64,000 nt of DNA from Pseudomonadota bacterium (GTDB lineage Bacteria; UBA10199; 2-02-FULL-44-16; JAAZCA01): NCBI GenBank assembly GCA_043798915.1, contig JAZDOG010000100.1:34122-98121 (forward strand), read 5' to 3'. Below the pieces are notes generated by a model that saw nothing but the letters and a program-made list of their open reading frames with translations, did not search any database and was not told the origin of the DNA. Positions 30,394-39,067 of the stretch are shown here, one piece after another (the first letter of the stretch is position 1; the number at the start of each line of letters is the position of its first letter). The translations under genes and the position numbers were made by a program.

Positions 30394-31848
30394 TCAATTG
30401 CGAGGTAGCGCCACGCGGTCTTTCAATCCTGCCTTTGCCAAACCTACGGCAATCAATTGGGAAACAAAGGAGCGGTGGTGGGGGTCTTTGATCTCTTCAG
30501 TGGCGGCAATGGAGCGTTCAAATAGGGGGACCGCTTTTTCCTGCAATCCTGCCTTTGCCAAACTTTCGGCAATCAATTGGAAACCAAGGGAGCGAGGGAA
30601 GGCGTCTGTGATCTTTTCGACGGCAGCAATGATACGTTCAAAGAGGGGAACCGCTTTTTCCTGCAATCCTGCCTTTGCCAAATTCACGGCAATCAATTGG
30701 AAAGCAAAGGGACAGTCTTCGCCATCCGTGATCTTCTCGGCGGCGGCAATGAGACGTTCGAAGACGGGGATCGCTTTTTCCTTCAATCCCGCCTCTACCA
30801 AATCTTTGGCAATCGATTCGAAAACAAAGGGGAGAGCGGAGGTATCCGTGATCTTCTCGGCGTCGGTAATTTTTTTAAGAAAGCGCTCCTCTGCCGTTAA
30901 CTCAAACCCGGCCAGTTCCCACTCTATTTTGTAGCGCTCGTCAACCACCCTCCTTTGCCCGCTTGCGTCTATTATCACAACGGTGGGAAAGGATTGAACT
31001 CCCCACGCCTTTGCCAGCTCTTCATTTTCTGTTCGAAGAAAGAGGTGTTGCCCCCCTCCTTCCCTCGCCATCCGGTCAAAATCAGGGGCGTATACTTTGC
31101 AGGGCCCGCACCAGTCGGCGGAAAAGGTGATGATGGCGTACTGGCCGGGATGAAGTCTTTTCGTCTGTCCTTTCAACTCACCCGGGGTGGCCACCTCCAC
31201 CACCCGATTCTCAAAAGGGGCTGCCCCTTCCTGCCTGTATCCGGGGGAGACCAAAAATTGCGGCTCGGACAATCGAACGCCGGCCGCTGCGTAGGCATAC
31301 CGTTCATCCCAACTGATCGCATGATCCCCGTTCAAGTCGGGAACCTCGCTCGCCGGCGCCCAGAGCCTTGGCGCCATTTCCCCGCAACAGACCGTTTCGT
31401 TTTTGCTCCCTGCGGAGATAAAAAGGGTCTTCGGATCGTCCATGAAGACCCGGTTCCAGTTTCCGCTGTAACACTGATCCATGACGACACGGCGCCTCGA
31501 CGAGGGGATGCCGTCCAAAAGGCCGGCCAGATCATGACAGGCGCTCCCCATGCAAAGCGTGGCCCCTTTCCCGTCAGCCCCGCCTTTATCGCCATGGCCG
31601 GTGGTGTAGATGAAGAGCTCATCTTCCGGGCCCATTTTACCCTTGAGATCGGCGACCATCTTCTGGATGTCTTCCGGTGTCGCCCCATAATAATGGTCGT
31701 GCGGAGCGGAGGGTTTGACGGGAGAGGCGACATAAGTTTCCCAATCTTCGCCACCCTGGGCCTCAAAATAATTGGTCAAACTTCTGCCGATATTGACGAG
31801 ATGTCTCTCCTCCGTATCCCCATTGATGAGCAAAGCAAATTTGGCCAT
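30394..31848 (-). CDS. clan CD (C13/caspase-like) cysteine peptidase fused to thioredoxin and 40-aa helical repeats
   Basis: LFIYTTGHG and VMDQCYSG His/Cys dyad; WCGPC; EF-hand-like DLNGDHAISWDE. Confidence 0.8.
   Translation of the reverse strand: MAKFALLINGDTEERHLVNIGRSLTNYFEAQGGEDWETYVASPVKPSAPHDHYYGATPEDIQKMVADLKGKMGPEDELFIYTTGHGDKGGADGKGATLCMGSACHDLAGLLDGIPSSRRRVVMDQCYSGNWNRVFMDDPKTLFISAGSKNETVCCGEMAPRLWAPASEVPDLNGDHAISWDERYAYAAAGVRLSEPQFLVSPGYRQEGAAPFENRVVEVATPGELKGQTKRLHPGQYAIITFSADWCGPCKVYAPDFDRMAREGGGQHLFLRTENEELAKAWGVQSFPTVVIIDASGQRRVVDERYKIEWELAGFELTAEERFLKKITDAEKITDTSALPFVFESIAKDLVEAGLKEKAIPVFERLIAAAEKITDGEDCPFAFQLIAVNLAKAGLQEKAVPLFERIIAAVEKITDAFPRSLGFQLIAESLAKAGLQEKAVPLFERSIAATEEIKDPHHRSFVSQLIAVGLAKAGLKDRVALPRN
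30421..30880 (-). repeat. about four tandem 120-bp coding repeats
   Basis: caatcctgcctttgccaaa...ggcaatcaattgg recurs near 30425, 30544, 30664, 30785. Confidence 0.85.
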
Positions 31849-31948
31849 GATGATGGAACCCCTAAGAGCGCAGTTCAAACCTCAGATAAACTCGTCCCAC
31901 CCGCCCATAAAAATTCCCTTTTTTGTGTGGACGACCAGCAGGATGACA

Positions 31949-32338
31949 TCAACCCGCCTTCTTCGCCTCCGGGATGTTCTTCATTATCGCATCCGTCATA
32001 GCATAGCGGGCATGGTCACGGATGGATTCAGGAAACGTCCCCAGGGACTTCTCGACATTCGATTGCCAGACGGGAGTCAGCTTTTCCAGATTTTCCCTTC
32101 CTTTTACCGTCATCATCGCTTCAAGCGCCTTGCGGGTTTGTTCGCGCACCTGAGGGAGGCTCTCGCTCTTGCGACCCACTAACATCGCCAACTCACTGGC
32201 AAAGTTCGCGTCGGGAATTGCGGGCGAACCATATCCGGATTTCGGCGCTGCACTGGGAGCCTCAGTCCTGCTGGCTCCTTGCGGTGCAATGCTTTCTATT
32301 GAATTTTGACGAGTGGATCCGATCGGTGTCAGCATCAT
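31949..32338 (-). CDS. hypothetical T3SS-cluster protein
   Basis: RBS GAGGTG; Ser/Ala/Pro-rich N-terminus; co-oriented with neighbours. Confidence 0.65.
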   Translation of the reverse strand: MMLTPIGSTRQNSIESIAPQGASRTEAPSAAPKSGYGSPAIPDANFASELAMLVGRKSESLPQVREQTRKALEAMMTVKGRENLEKLTPVWQSNVEKSLGTFPESIRDHARYAMTDAIMKNIPEAKKAG

Positions 32339-32346
32339 CACCTCGC

Positions 32347-32772
32347 TTATATTCTCTGCGCCATTCCTGACATGGCCCCGGCGCGGGCGTCAAGGACCTT
32401 CATGATCTCGCCTTCGCTGGCGGAGATATCGAAAGATGCCGGCTCGATCGGAGACGATCCTCCAAGATTCAAACCCGGAAAAGATACCTGCGTCGGATTT
32501 TCCCTCTGCTGTTTCTCTGCGGCTTTGGCCTGCGACTTGGCCTGCGACATGTCTCCAATAGAGCCCAAGCCGTACATGCCGGCCGCCGCGATCGCCGCTG
32601 GCGGAAAGATGAACGAAAGGGGCGCAGCTATGGCGCCCAGCACCCTGCCGGCGCCGGAGAGAAAACGCCCGAACCAGCCGGGCTTCTTCTGTTCGCGCTC
32701 ATGGGGATCCTGCCCCTGGACCGTCCGCATCTCGAATCTCACGAGGTCAGGTTGAATGGAATTGAGTGACAC
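32347..32772 (-). CDS. hypothetical T3SS-cluster protein with amphipathic/hydrophobic hairpin
   Basis: GTG start after GGGAGGTG; GWFGRFLSGAGRVLGAIAAPLSFIFPPAAIAAAG. Confidence 0.7.
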   Translation of the reverse strand: MSLNSIQPDLVRFEMRTVQGQDPHEREQKKPGWFGRFLSGAGRVLGAIAAPLSFIFPPAAIAAAGMYGLGSIGDMSQAKSQAKAAEKQQRENPTQVSFPGLNLGGSSPIEPASFDISASEGEIMKVLDARAGAMSGMAQRI

Positions 32773-32813
32773 AGCGCACCTCCCGAATGATTGTTTCACT
32801 GCTCTCATCATTA

Positions 32814-32842
32814 TTATCGGCCGGGAGGGACCCTGAAGTTGC
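32814..32842 (-). promoter_or_regulatory. sigma28-like promoter
   Basis: GCAACTT-N14-GCCGATAA. Confidence 0.75.
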
Positions 32843-32877
32843 TAAAAAAACAGCCGATAGTTGATAGCTATCGGCTG
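32843..32877 (-). terminator. intrinsic terminator after sctJ
   Basis: CAGCCGATAG-loop-CTATCGGCTG followed by T tract on minus strand. Confidence 0.75.
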
Positions 32878-32904
32878 CCATGTAACTATCTGATTTTAAA
32901 CAAC

Positions 32905-33873
32905 TTATAATTCGTCATCCGAAGTGCCGCCGCCGAGGCGCGGGAGAGAACCCTCGTCGAGGATATGACCCTCTATTGCCGGGTGCCCTCCGGCAGGCCC
33001 CTGGAGGGCAGCCAGCGTCCTCCTCACCCGGCTCCCCTGCACTATGAATATGATGAGGGCGGCGGATATGACGACGAGCAGAAGGAAGAATATGAGCAGG
33101 TACACCTTGAGCCGGTCCTTCGACTCAGAATCCAGCTTGAGCCCCATCAGCTCCTCGGACGGGCTCATCGCGGCAGTGACTGCTGCAGGCGGCGGGAGGC
33201 CCGGGGCCTCCGTGGGGAGCGTCCTCACATCGCCGGGCCGGAGCGCCTTCTCATCCCCCGTGATATAGCTGATGATCACCGTGACGTCGCGCGGGTTCAT
33301 CCCCTCGACGGAGTTTGCCACGAACTGCTGTATCTTCGGCTCCGTGACCGACTCGATGCCGCTGATATCGGGCTTTGAACGGATGACGACCGACGCCGTC
33401 GGGCGCAGCTGCTTCTGCCTCTCGGCATCGCCGAACTCGTCTTTCGTCGGGACGTTGAGGACCACGTCGGCGCTCACTATCTGGGGTATGCGCTGCAGCG
33501 AGTTTATGATCTCGCCCTTGAGCGCCAGGAGATAGCGCGCCTTCTGTTCATCCGGCGTGGGGATCAGCCCCTTCTCCTTGTAGACGCCGGTGAGGCCCAG
33601 TTCCTTCCGCCGCGGGAGGTTGTGCTGCACGAGCAGCGAGCGCGACTTGACCATGTCCGCATCCCTCACCTCAAGCGAGTAGCTCACCTCGTTTTGCAGG
33701 ACCACCTTCTTCTTGATCGCCTTGATGTTGTTCTCGGAGAGGAGGACGAGTATGTCGTTCGCCTCATCCTCCGACAGGTTCTGATAGAGCTCTATCCTGC
33801 CGCAGCCGGACACGATGAGGACGATTGCGAAGCACACCACCATCAGCGCAGGAATGAGTTTTGACCTGTTCAT
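32905..33873 (-). CDS. sctJ: SctJ inner-membrane ring lipoprotein
   Basis: Lipobox VSGC, LYQNLSEDEANDI, GLIPTPDEQKAR, PTASV, C-terminal TM. Confidence 0.93.
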   Translation of the reverse strand: MNRSKLIPALMVVCFAIVLIVSGCGRIELYQNLSEDEANDILVLLSENNIKAIKKKVVLQNEVSYSLEVRDADMVKSRSLLVQHNLPRRKELGLTGVYKEKGLIPTPDEQKARYLLALKGEIINSLQRIPQIVSADVVLNVPTKDEFGDAERQKQLRPTASVVIRSKPDISGIESVTEPKIQQFVANSVEGMNPRDVTVIISYITGDEKALRPGDVRTLPTEAPGLPPPAAVTAAMSPSEELMGLKLDSESKDRLKVYLLIFFLLLVVISAALIIFIVQGSRVRRTLAALQGPAGGHPAIEGHILDEGSLPRLGGGTSDDEL

Positions 33874-34286
33874 GATGCCTTTCCTCCCTTTTCGCCAGCC
33901 GCCGGCACGAGGCCGTTCTTGATCGCGTCGATGAGCGCCCTGGCAAACTCGCCAGCGCCCCCGCGATCCTCCTTCGCCACCGCCGTCAGAAGTTCCATCG
34001 CCTTGCCGCGCTTTCCTGAGAAGAAGAGCGCCTCTCCCATATAGACCCTGGCGAAGACACTCTTCGAATCGATTTTGAGAGCATTGGTATAATAGCGCAT
34101 CGCCTTTGCAAGCTTGCCTTCGCAGAAATCGACGTTCCCGAGCGCAACAAGCGGCACCTCGCTGTCGGGCGCGATCACGGAGAGGCCCTCGAAGAGCTCG
34201 CGGGCCTCCTTGAACCTCTTCATGCCCATGTAGATGTAGCCCGCCTCCATCATCACTGCCAGGTGCTGGCGATCAATTGAGATCAT
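33870..34286 (-). CDS. TPR protein (YscG/CdsG/HrpB1-like chaperone)
   Basis: Three TPR-like helical pairs; between needle-like gene and sctJ. Confidence 0.7.
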   Translation of the reverse strand: MISIDRQHLAVMMEAGYIYMGMKRFKEARELFEGLSVIAPDSEVPLVALGNVDFCEGKLAKAMRYYTNALKIDSKSVFARVYMGEALFFSGKRGKAMELLTAVAKEDRGGAGEFARALIDAIKNGLVPAAGEKGGKAS

Positions 34287-34381
34287 AACAATACCCCACA
34301 ATACCCCCGTAGCTCTAAAAAAACCCGCGGACTGCATTATATGCAATCCGCGGGGAGAATTCCAACCATCATTTCAGCCTA

Positions 34382-34921
34382 TCATCTTGCCTGGAACTTT
34401 TCGATCATCGACATGCGGGCGCGATGGTCCGCAGAGAGGATGTTCGACTTGGTGTTCCACGACTGCATGTTGTTCTGCATGACAGCCTGCAGCTCGAGCA
34501 GCTGGAGGTTGTTGCTGTTCATCGTGTTGATCATGTCCATCTGCGACATGCCATTCGCGCCGGCGACGGCATTTGTGCCGCTAAGACCCCCTGCGCCTAT
34601 AGAATCGCCTTTGTAGCCCATGCCGGCCGCAAGATACGGCGCACCGCCCGACATCCCGCCGCCCACCGACGCACCGTAGGCGCCACCGCCGCCGATTGAT
34701 CCCGACGCTGCGCCTATGCCTGAAAACGCCGCGCTCAGCACCGCCGCGGAATTGGTGCCTCCGTACACCTGCCCCGCCGTCATGGCGGTGGGCCCCATCG
34801 CGCCTATCGCGTCCATCATGGAGTTGAAATCAGGGCCGGAGCTCATGCCCTTCATCTTGGTGCCCTTTTTATTTGCACCAAGCTGTGGAACCAACTGGGG
34901 ATTGATCTTCTCAATGGTCAT
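34382..34921 (-). CDS. SctF-like needle/filament subunit candidate with long Gly-rich N-terminus
   Basis: C-terminal LLELQAVMQ...SNILSADHRARMSMIEK resembles SctF helix. Confidence 0.55.
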   Translation of the reverse strand: MTIEKINPQLVPQLGANKKGTKMKGMSSGPDFNSMMDAIGAMGPTAMTAGQVYGGTNSAAVLSAAFSGIGAASGSIGGGGAYGASVGGGMSGGAPYLAAGMGYKGDSIGAGGLSGTNAVAGANGMSQMDMINTMNSNNLQLLELQAVMQNNMQSWNTKSNILSADHRARMSMIEKFQAR

Positions 34922-34955
34922 ATTTTGCCTCCGCACTCTTTTCCTTCCACTCATA

Positions 34956-34984
34956 TTATCGGCAGGGGCACTACCCGAAGTTGC
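34956..34984 (-). promoter_or_regulatory. sigma28-like promoter
   Basis: GCAACTT-N14-GCCGATAA. Confidence 0.75.
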
Positions 34985-35066
34985 GCGCATATTGAAAAAA
35001 AGTTGCGCCGCACGAATTATATTTCAATGTGCTGATATATAAGACTAATTTTGAAGGGACGGGCGG

Positions 35067-35360
35067 TTACTGCCTGTGGGTCGCGCGCTTTGAGGCTTCT
35101 TCGTTGAGGCGATACTTGATGGCGAGGAGCTCGCGGAGGAGGTCCAGCGTAAGTTCCAGGGAGTGCATCGCCTTTCTGGCCTCGCGCTGTGTCTTCAAGC
35201 CCTTCTTGCTCTTGGATATATCCATCAGATCGGCGTAGGCGATCTCGAAGGCCGCGTTTATTTCTCCGAAGTCCTCGGTATCGATGAGCTTTTCAACCGC
35301 CGGATAGCCCGCCTGCCCATAGCGGCCTTTATCATTATCTGTTGCGCGCCGTGCAGACAT
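35067..35360 (-). CDS. small helical hypothetical protein
   Basis: Plausible codon usage; co-oriented with cluster. Confidence 0.65.
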   Translation of the reverse strand: MSARRATDNDKGRYGQAGYPAVEKLIDTEDFGEINAAFEIAYADLMDISKSKKGLKTQREARKAMHSLELTLDLLRELLAIKYRLNEEASKRATHRQ

Positions 35361-35416
35361 ATGGGGGAAGATAACAAAAGGGTCAGAAAAAGCAATCGCC
35401 GAAAAACCGACCCAGA

Positions 35417-37963
35417 TCATCGCCTCGGTTTGCGGCTTGCCCCATCATGCCGGTAATATTCGTAGATTACTTTTTCACCGTAATATCGTAAGAGGGGGTC
35501 GTCGCTCCAGCCGGGTGGTTTCTTTCCGGTGCGTTGAATTTCGCCGAACCTCTTTTCCATGTCCTTTATGGGCGGCCATGTGAAAGCGGGCAAGGGAGGA
35601 TTGGCCCCTAAAGGAAAGTTCTGCTTACAGACGTCCAATATCGGACTCACTTTGGGTCGATTGTAATAGACCGCACTGCAAAGCAGAGGGAAAAGTAATC
35701 CATCATAGGCACCTGAAGCGTTCTCCTCCGAGAATAGGGCCATTAGTTCTTTGCGATAAATGTAGCGGCTGTAATCCTTGAAGCCCGAGAACTGCAGCAA
35801 ATCAATATAGGTGGCAGGTTCGACAAAGATCGGTCCATCATACGGGGGCGCCTCACGGGCAGCTGTGGAAATTGGTGTCGGCGTGACAGTCACGGGCACT
35901 GTATATTTCACCTTTTCAGAAGGCGGCCTTTGACCTTCTCTCCGGCGTGATATCCAGCGCACGTCTGTGTTTCTGATTTTTTCATCGATTGAACGACGAT
36001 GCGAACGCATACTCAGAACCAAATTAAACAACTTTAGGTACATCCTTCTTTTCTGCGCGCCCAGTGAATCCACTTTCTTGACCCATCGCCTTGTGTCGCC
36101 GGAGATTTTCCCGACCCAGTTATCAAGGGACCGGCCGAGCTTGGCGGCGATCGGGTTCATTCCACACAAGATTTCATCATAAATACCCCAAACAGCTATG
36201 CTATCATCACTATAAGTATAAGGAGAATCTAATTTAACATAATCTGGAGCCATCCGTCTGCCGTTGAGGATCGCGCAGAGGAATTTCATCATGGAGACGA
36301 TCATCTCTCTGAACTCTTTTTCTGGGATCCGGCGTCCGCTGCCTGGGTTGTCGAGGAAGGAAAGGGCGGTTTCTATACCTGCCGGATCGATCGATCTGTT
36401 CACGCCATCCCTTAAAAGCTTCAGAAAAAAGGATTCACGCTTCTCCGGCGGCAGTGACGTGTAATAATCGGCCATCTCCTGTGTGCGAAAGACGAGGCCC
36501 CCCCAACCGAAACGGTTCATGACAGACGGCACCACGAAGCTTGAGCCAATCATATCCGGAAAGGAGTCTAGCGACTCCACCAGTGCCTTTATCTGTTCAG
36601 GCTTGCTCAATTTTAAAAATACATCCACTCTCGGTCTTTCATCGTCTTGCTTGTTGCCGAATGCGATCAGCGGTGTGGGTATTGCGGGCGCCTTCCCCTT
36701 TTCAAATGGATTGTAGCTGGCGTATTTTTCAATAGTGTTTTCGTCGGAGTAATCCCTGGCGCCGGGGGGAAACGCGTATATCGTGCCTGTAGCAATTGCA
36801 TCGCTCTGTCGTGGACGCTGTTTTGACACGGTTTGTTCACTGCAGGCTCCGAGTCTTGACGGATCGGCGATCACAAGCTCGTCCTTTTCAACGACGGGGG
36901 AGTCTTCGCCTCTCATTTCCAGAAAGGCATCGTATTTGACGTGAGCATCGTATATCCTGGGATAGCAGGGATCGAGAGGATTGGTTTCGTTGTCCCTCAA
37001 ATCCCAGACGGTCCGATTTTTTTCGTCATAGATGACCGCGGGGGCATGATCTCTGTATCTTGCGATGCTTAAACCAGAAGTGTTTATGCCGGCAAAGGCC
37101 ATCTTGAGGAGGATCACGTCGCGTTCGCCGTCGCAGTTGCATCCTGTCCCCTCGAAGCAATTTCTGCTCTGGCCGTAGTCTCGATCATAAACCTGCCTGT
37201 AATTCGGATAGACATCCCGCGCGAGGATTTGCTCCCGTATCACCCTCTCAACAGGAACCCCCTTTGCGAACGCATCGCGCGCCGGCCCCGCCTCCTTTTC
37301 AAGCCTTTCGAAGAGCGCCGCAAGATATTCTCCCACCAGGGATTTCGGCGTGGTGTGCGCCACCTCCGCGGCTATGCCGAAGCGCGCGGTGTCGTGCTGA
37401 AGTTTGCGGTCCGCGCGCCATTCCCTGAGGGCCGTCCTGGCGACGGACGCAAGTTTCTCTTCGTCCAGCCCCTCGCCGCTTTTCCAGTCGATCTGTTCGT
37501 TGACCTCAGAGTTGAGGCTGTCGACCTTGTCCCTCCCTATCTTCTTCGATCCGATTGCCACGAGGGTGCCTATGATTGGGATAAGGTAAAATGGAGACAT
37601 CTGCACGGGGTCCGCGCCCGCCTCGGTCCACCTCATGTAGCTGTTCCAGTAATAAGCCGCGTTTTCGGTGTAGGTGCGCGCCTTCCTTACAAGTTCTTCC
37701 AGCTCGGCCATCGGTGCGGTATTTATCCTGGTTTTGTAATCCCTGAGGAGTGCCTGCGCTGCATTGAAATCGTGGTCGTAGGTGTCCCTGTACTTCGCCG
37801 AATTGGAGAATTTCTCCGCGCCCCAGCGGATGGGGCTCGTGTGCTCTCCAAGGTAGCTGTCGTGACGGGATGACAGTTCGTCCAATTGACGATGGAGGCT
37901 GTCATAGTCACCCTGAAGCTCACCCAGGCACTCCAGCTCCGGCATGTCCGAGCATATCTTCAC
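35417..37963 (-). CDS. large orphan protein, candidate T3SS effector with possible transglutaminase-like triad
   Basis: 848 aa, no signal peptide; GCNC...RDHAPAVIYD...WD; sigma28-like promoter. Confidence 0.7.
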   Translation of the reverse strand: MKICSDMPELECLGELQGDYDSLHRQLDELSSRHDSYLGEHTSPIRWGAEKFSNSAKYRDTYDHDFNAAQALLRDYKTRINTAPMAELEELVRKARTYTENAAYYWNSYMRWTEAGADPVQMSPFYLIPIIGTLVAIGSKKIGRDKVDSLNSEVNEQIDWKSGEGLDEEKLASVARTALREWRADRKLQHDTARFGIAAEVAHTTPKSLVGEYLAALFERLEKEAGPARDAFAKGVPVERVIREQILARDVYPNYRQVYDRDYGQSRNCFEGTGCNCDGERDVILLKMAFAGINTSGLSIARYRDHAPAVIYDEKNRTVWDLRDNETNPLDPCYPRIYDAHVKYDAFLEMRGEDSPVVEKDELVIADPSRLGACSEQTVSKQRPRQSDAIATGTIYAFPPGARDYSDENTIEKYASYNPFEKGKAPAIPTPLIAFGNKQDDERPRVDVFLKLSKPEQIKALVESLDSFPDMIGSSFVVPSVMNRFGWGGLVFRTQEMADYYTSLPPEKRESFFLKLLRDGVNRSIDPAGIETALSFLDNPGSGRRIPEKEFREMIVSMMKFLCAILNGRRMAPDYVKLDSPYTYSDDSIAVWGIYDEILCGMNPIAAKLGRSLDNWVGKISGDTRRWVKKVDSLGAQKRRMYLKLFNLVLSMRSHRRSIDEKIRNTDVRWISRRREGQRPPSEKVKYTVPVTVTPTPISTAAREAPPYDGPIFVEPATYIDLLQFSGFKDYSRYIYRKELMALFSEENASGAYDGLLFPLLCSAVYYNRPKVSPILDVCKQNFPLGANPPLPAFTWPPIKDMEKRFGEIQRTGKKPPGWSDDPLLRYYGEKVIYEYYRHDGASRKPRR

Positions 37964-37983
37964 GCATATCCCCTTCCCTTCTA

Positions 37984-38010
37984 TTATCGGCAGCCCGCTA
38001 TTATTGTTGC
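37984..38010 (-). promoter_or_regulatory. sigma28-like promoter
   Basis: GCAACAA-N12-GCCGATAA. Confidence 0.7.
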
Positions 38011-38063
38011 GTGGTTTTTATACCAGAAGTCAGATTGCCTCATCTTTCAGCGGGTTACGAGGA

Positions 38064-39044
38064 TTAATGCGCGGCACGCAATGCGGCCAGCAAGTCTTCG
38101 ATGTCTTCTGGCAACGGGGCGACAAACTCCATCCGCTTGCCGCTTTTGGGATGGTCGATCCCGAGGCGCCAGGCGTGGAGCGCCGGGCGGGGAAAATCCG
38201 CGACCGCGTCGTGCAGTGGGCCGGCAGGGACGCGGCCCGCCTTTCTCACGCCGCCATAGAGGGGGTCGCCAACGAGGGGATGGCCAGCTTCTGTGAAGTG
38301 TACTCGGATCTGATGCATCCGGCCGGTGCGAAGTTCGATCTCGATCCAGGACAGATGCGAGCCGAAGCGCTCGGCCACGCGCCATTCGGTGAGCGATGCG
38401 CGGCCCTTCCTCGTGTGCACCGACATCTTCTTGCGATCGCCTGTCGACCGGCCGATCGGCTGATCGAAGCTGCCGCTATCGGCGCGCATCGCGCCAAAGA
38501 CGAGCGCGAGATAGATCTTCGTCACCGTCCGTGCCTTGAACTGCGCTGCAAGCGAGCGGTGCGCCTCGTCGTTTTTGGCGGCGATGATCGCGCCGCTCGT
38601 CCCCATATCCAGCCGATGCACGATCCCGGGTTTCAACTCACCGCCGATCCCGGACAGATCGCCGCAATGCGCGAGGAGCGCGTTGACGAGAGTGCCGCCC
38701 GGATGGCCCGCGGCAGGATGCACGACCATCCCGGCGGGCTTCGCCACGACTATGATGTCGCCGTCCTCATAGATGATGTCTAGCGGGATATCCTCTGGCT
38801 TTGCGCTGGGCGAAGAGGGAGGAGGCACATCGACCGTCACGCGATCGCCCGCCGCAACCGCGCGCGCAGCCTTCGCGCTCGCGCCATTGAGCAGCACACA
38901 GCCATCCTCGATCAGGCGCTTCGCCTGCGAGCGCGAGAGGCCGCGCACGGACTTCGCGACAAACGCATCGAGTCGCATGCCGGCATCCCTGGAATCGGCG
39001 GAGGCGATGGCTTCGCCGACCGGAACATCAATTGTTTCGCGCAT
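38064..39044 (-). CDS. rluD: RluA-family 23S rRNA pseudouridine synthase
   Basis: S4 domain, KPAGMVVHP, HRLDMGTSG, TGRMHQIRVH. Confidence 0.93.
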   Translation of the reverse strand: MRETIDVPVGEAIASADSRDAGMRLDAFVAKSVRGLSRSQAKRLIEDGCVLLNGASAKAARAVAAGDRVTVDVPPPSSPSAKPEDIPLDIIYEDGDIIVVAKPAGMVVHPAAGHPGGTLVNALLAHCGDLSGIGGELKPGIVHRLDMGTSGAIIAAKNDEAHRSLAAQFKARTVTKIYLALVFGAMRADSGSFDQPIGRSTGDRKKMSVHTRKGRASLTEWRVAERFGSHLSWIEIELRTGRMHQIRVHFTEAGHPLVGDPLYGGVRKAGRVPAGPLHDAVADFPRPALHAWRLGIDHPKSGKRMEFVAPLPEDIEDLLAALRAAH

Positions 39045-39067
39045 CAGAAGGGGCATGAGCTGGCACA

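Noticed and set aside
30421..30880. Regular repeats as a CRISPR array
   Set aside because: 120-bp in-frame coding repeats without unique spacers; no cas genes
31882..31908. In-frame upstream ATG with TGA before the protease gene (MGGWDEFI-stop-GLNC), possible readthrough or selenocysteine
   Set aside because: No recognisable SECIS; downstream ATG at 31848 has its own RBS-like sequence
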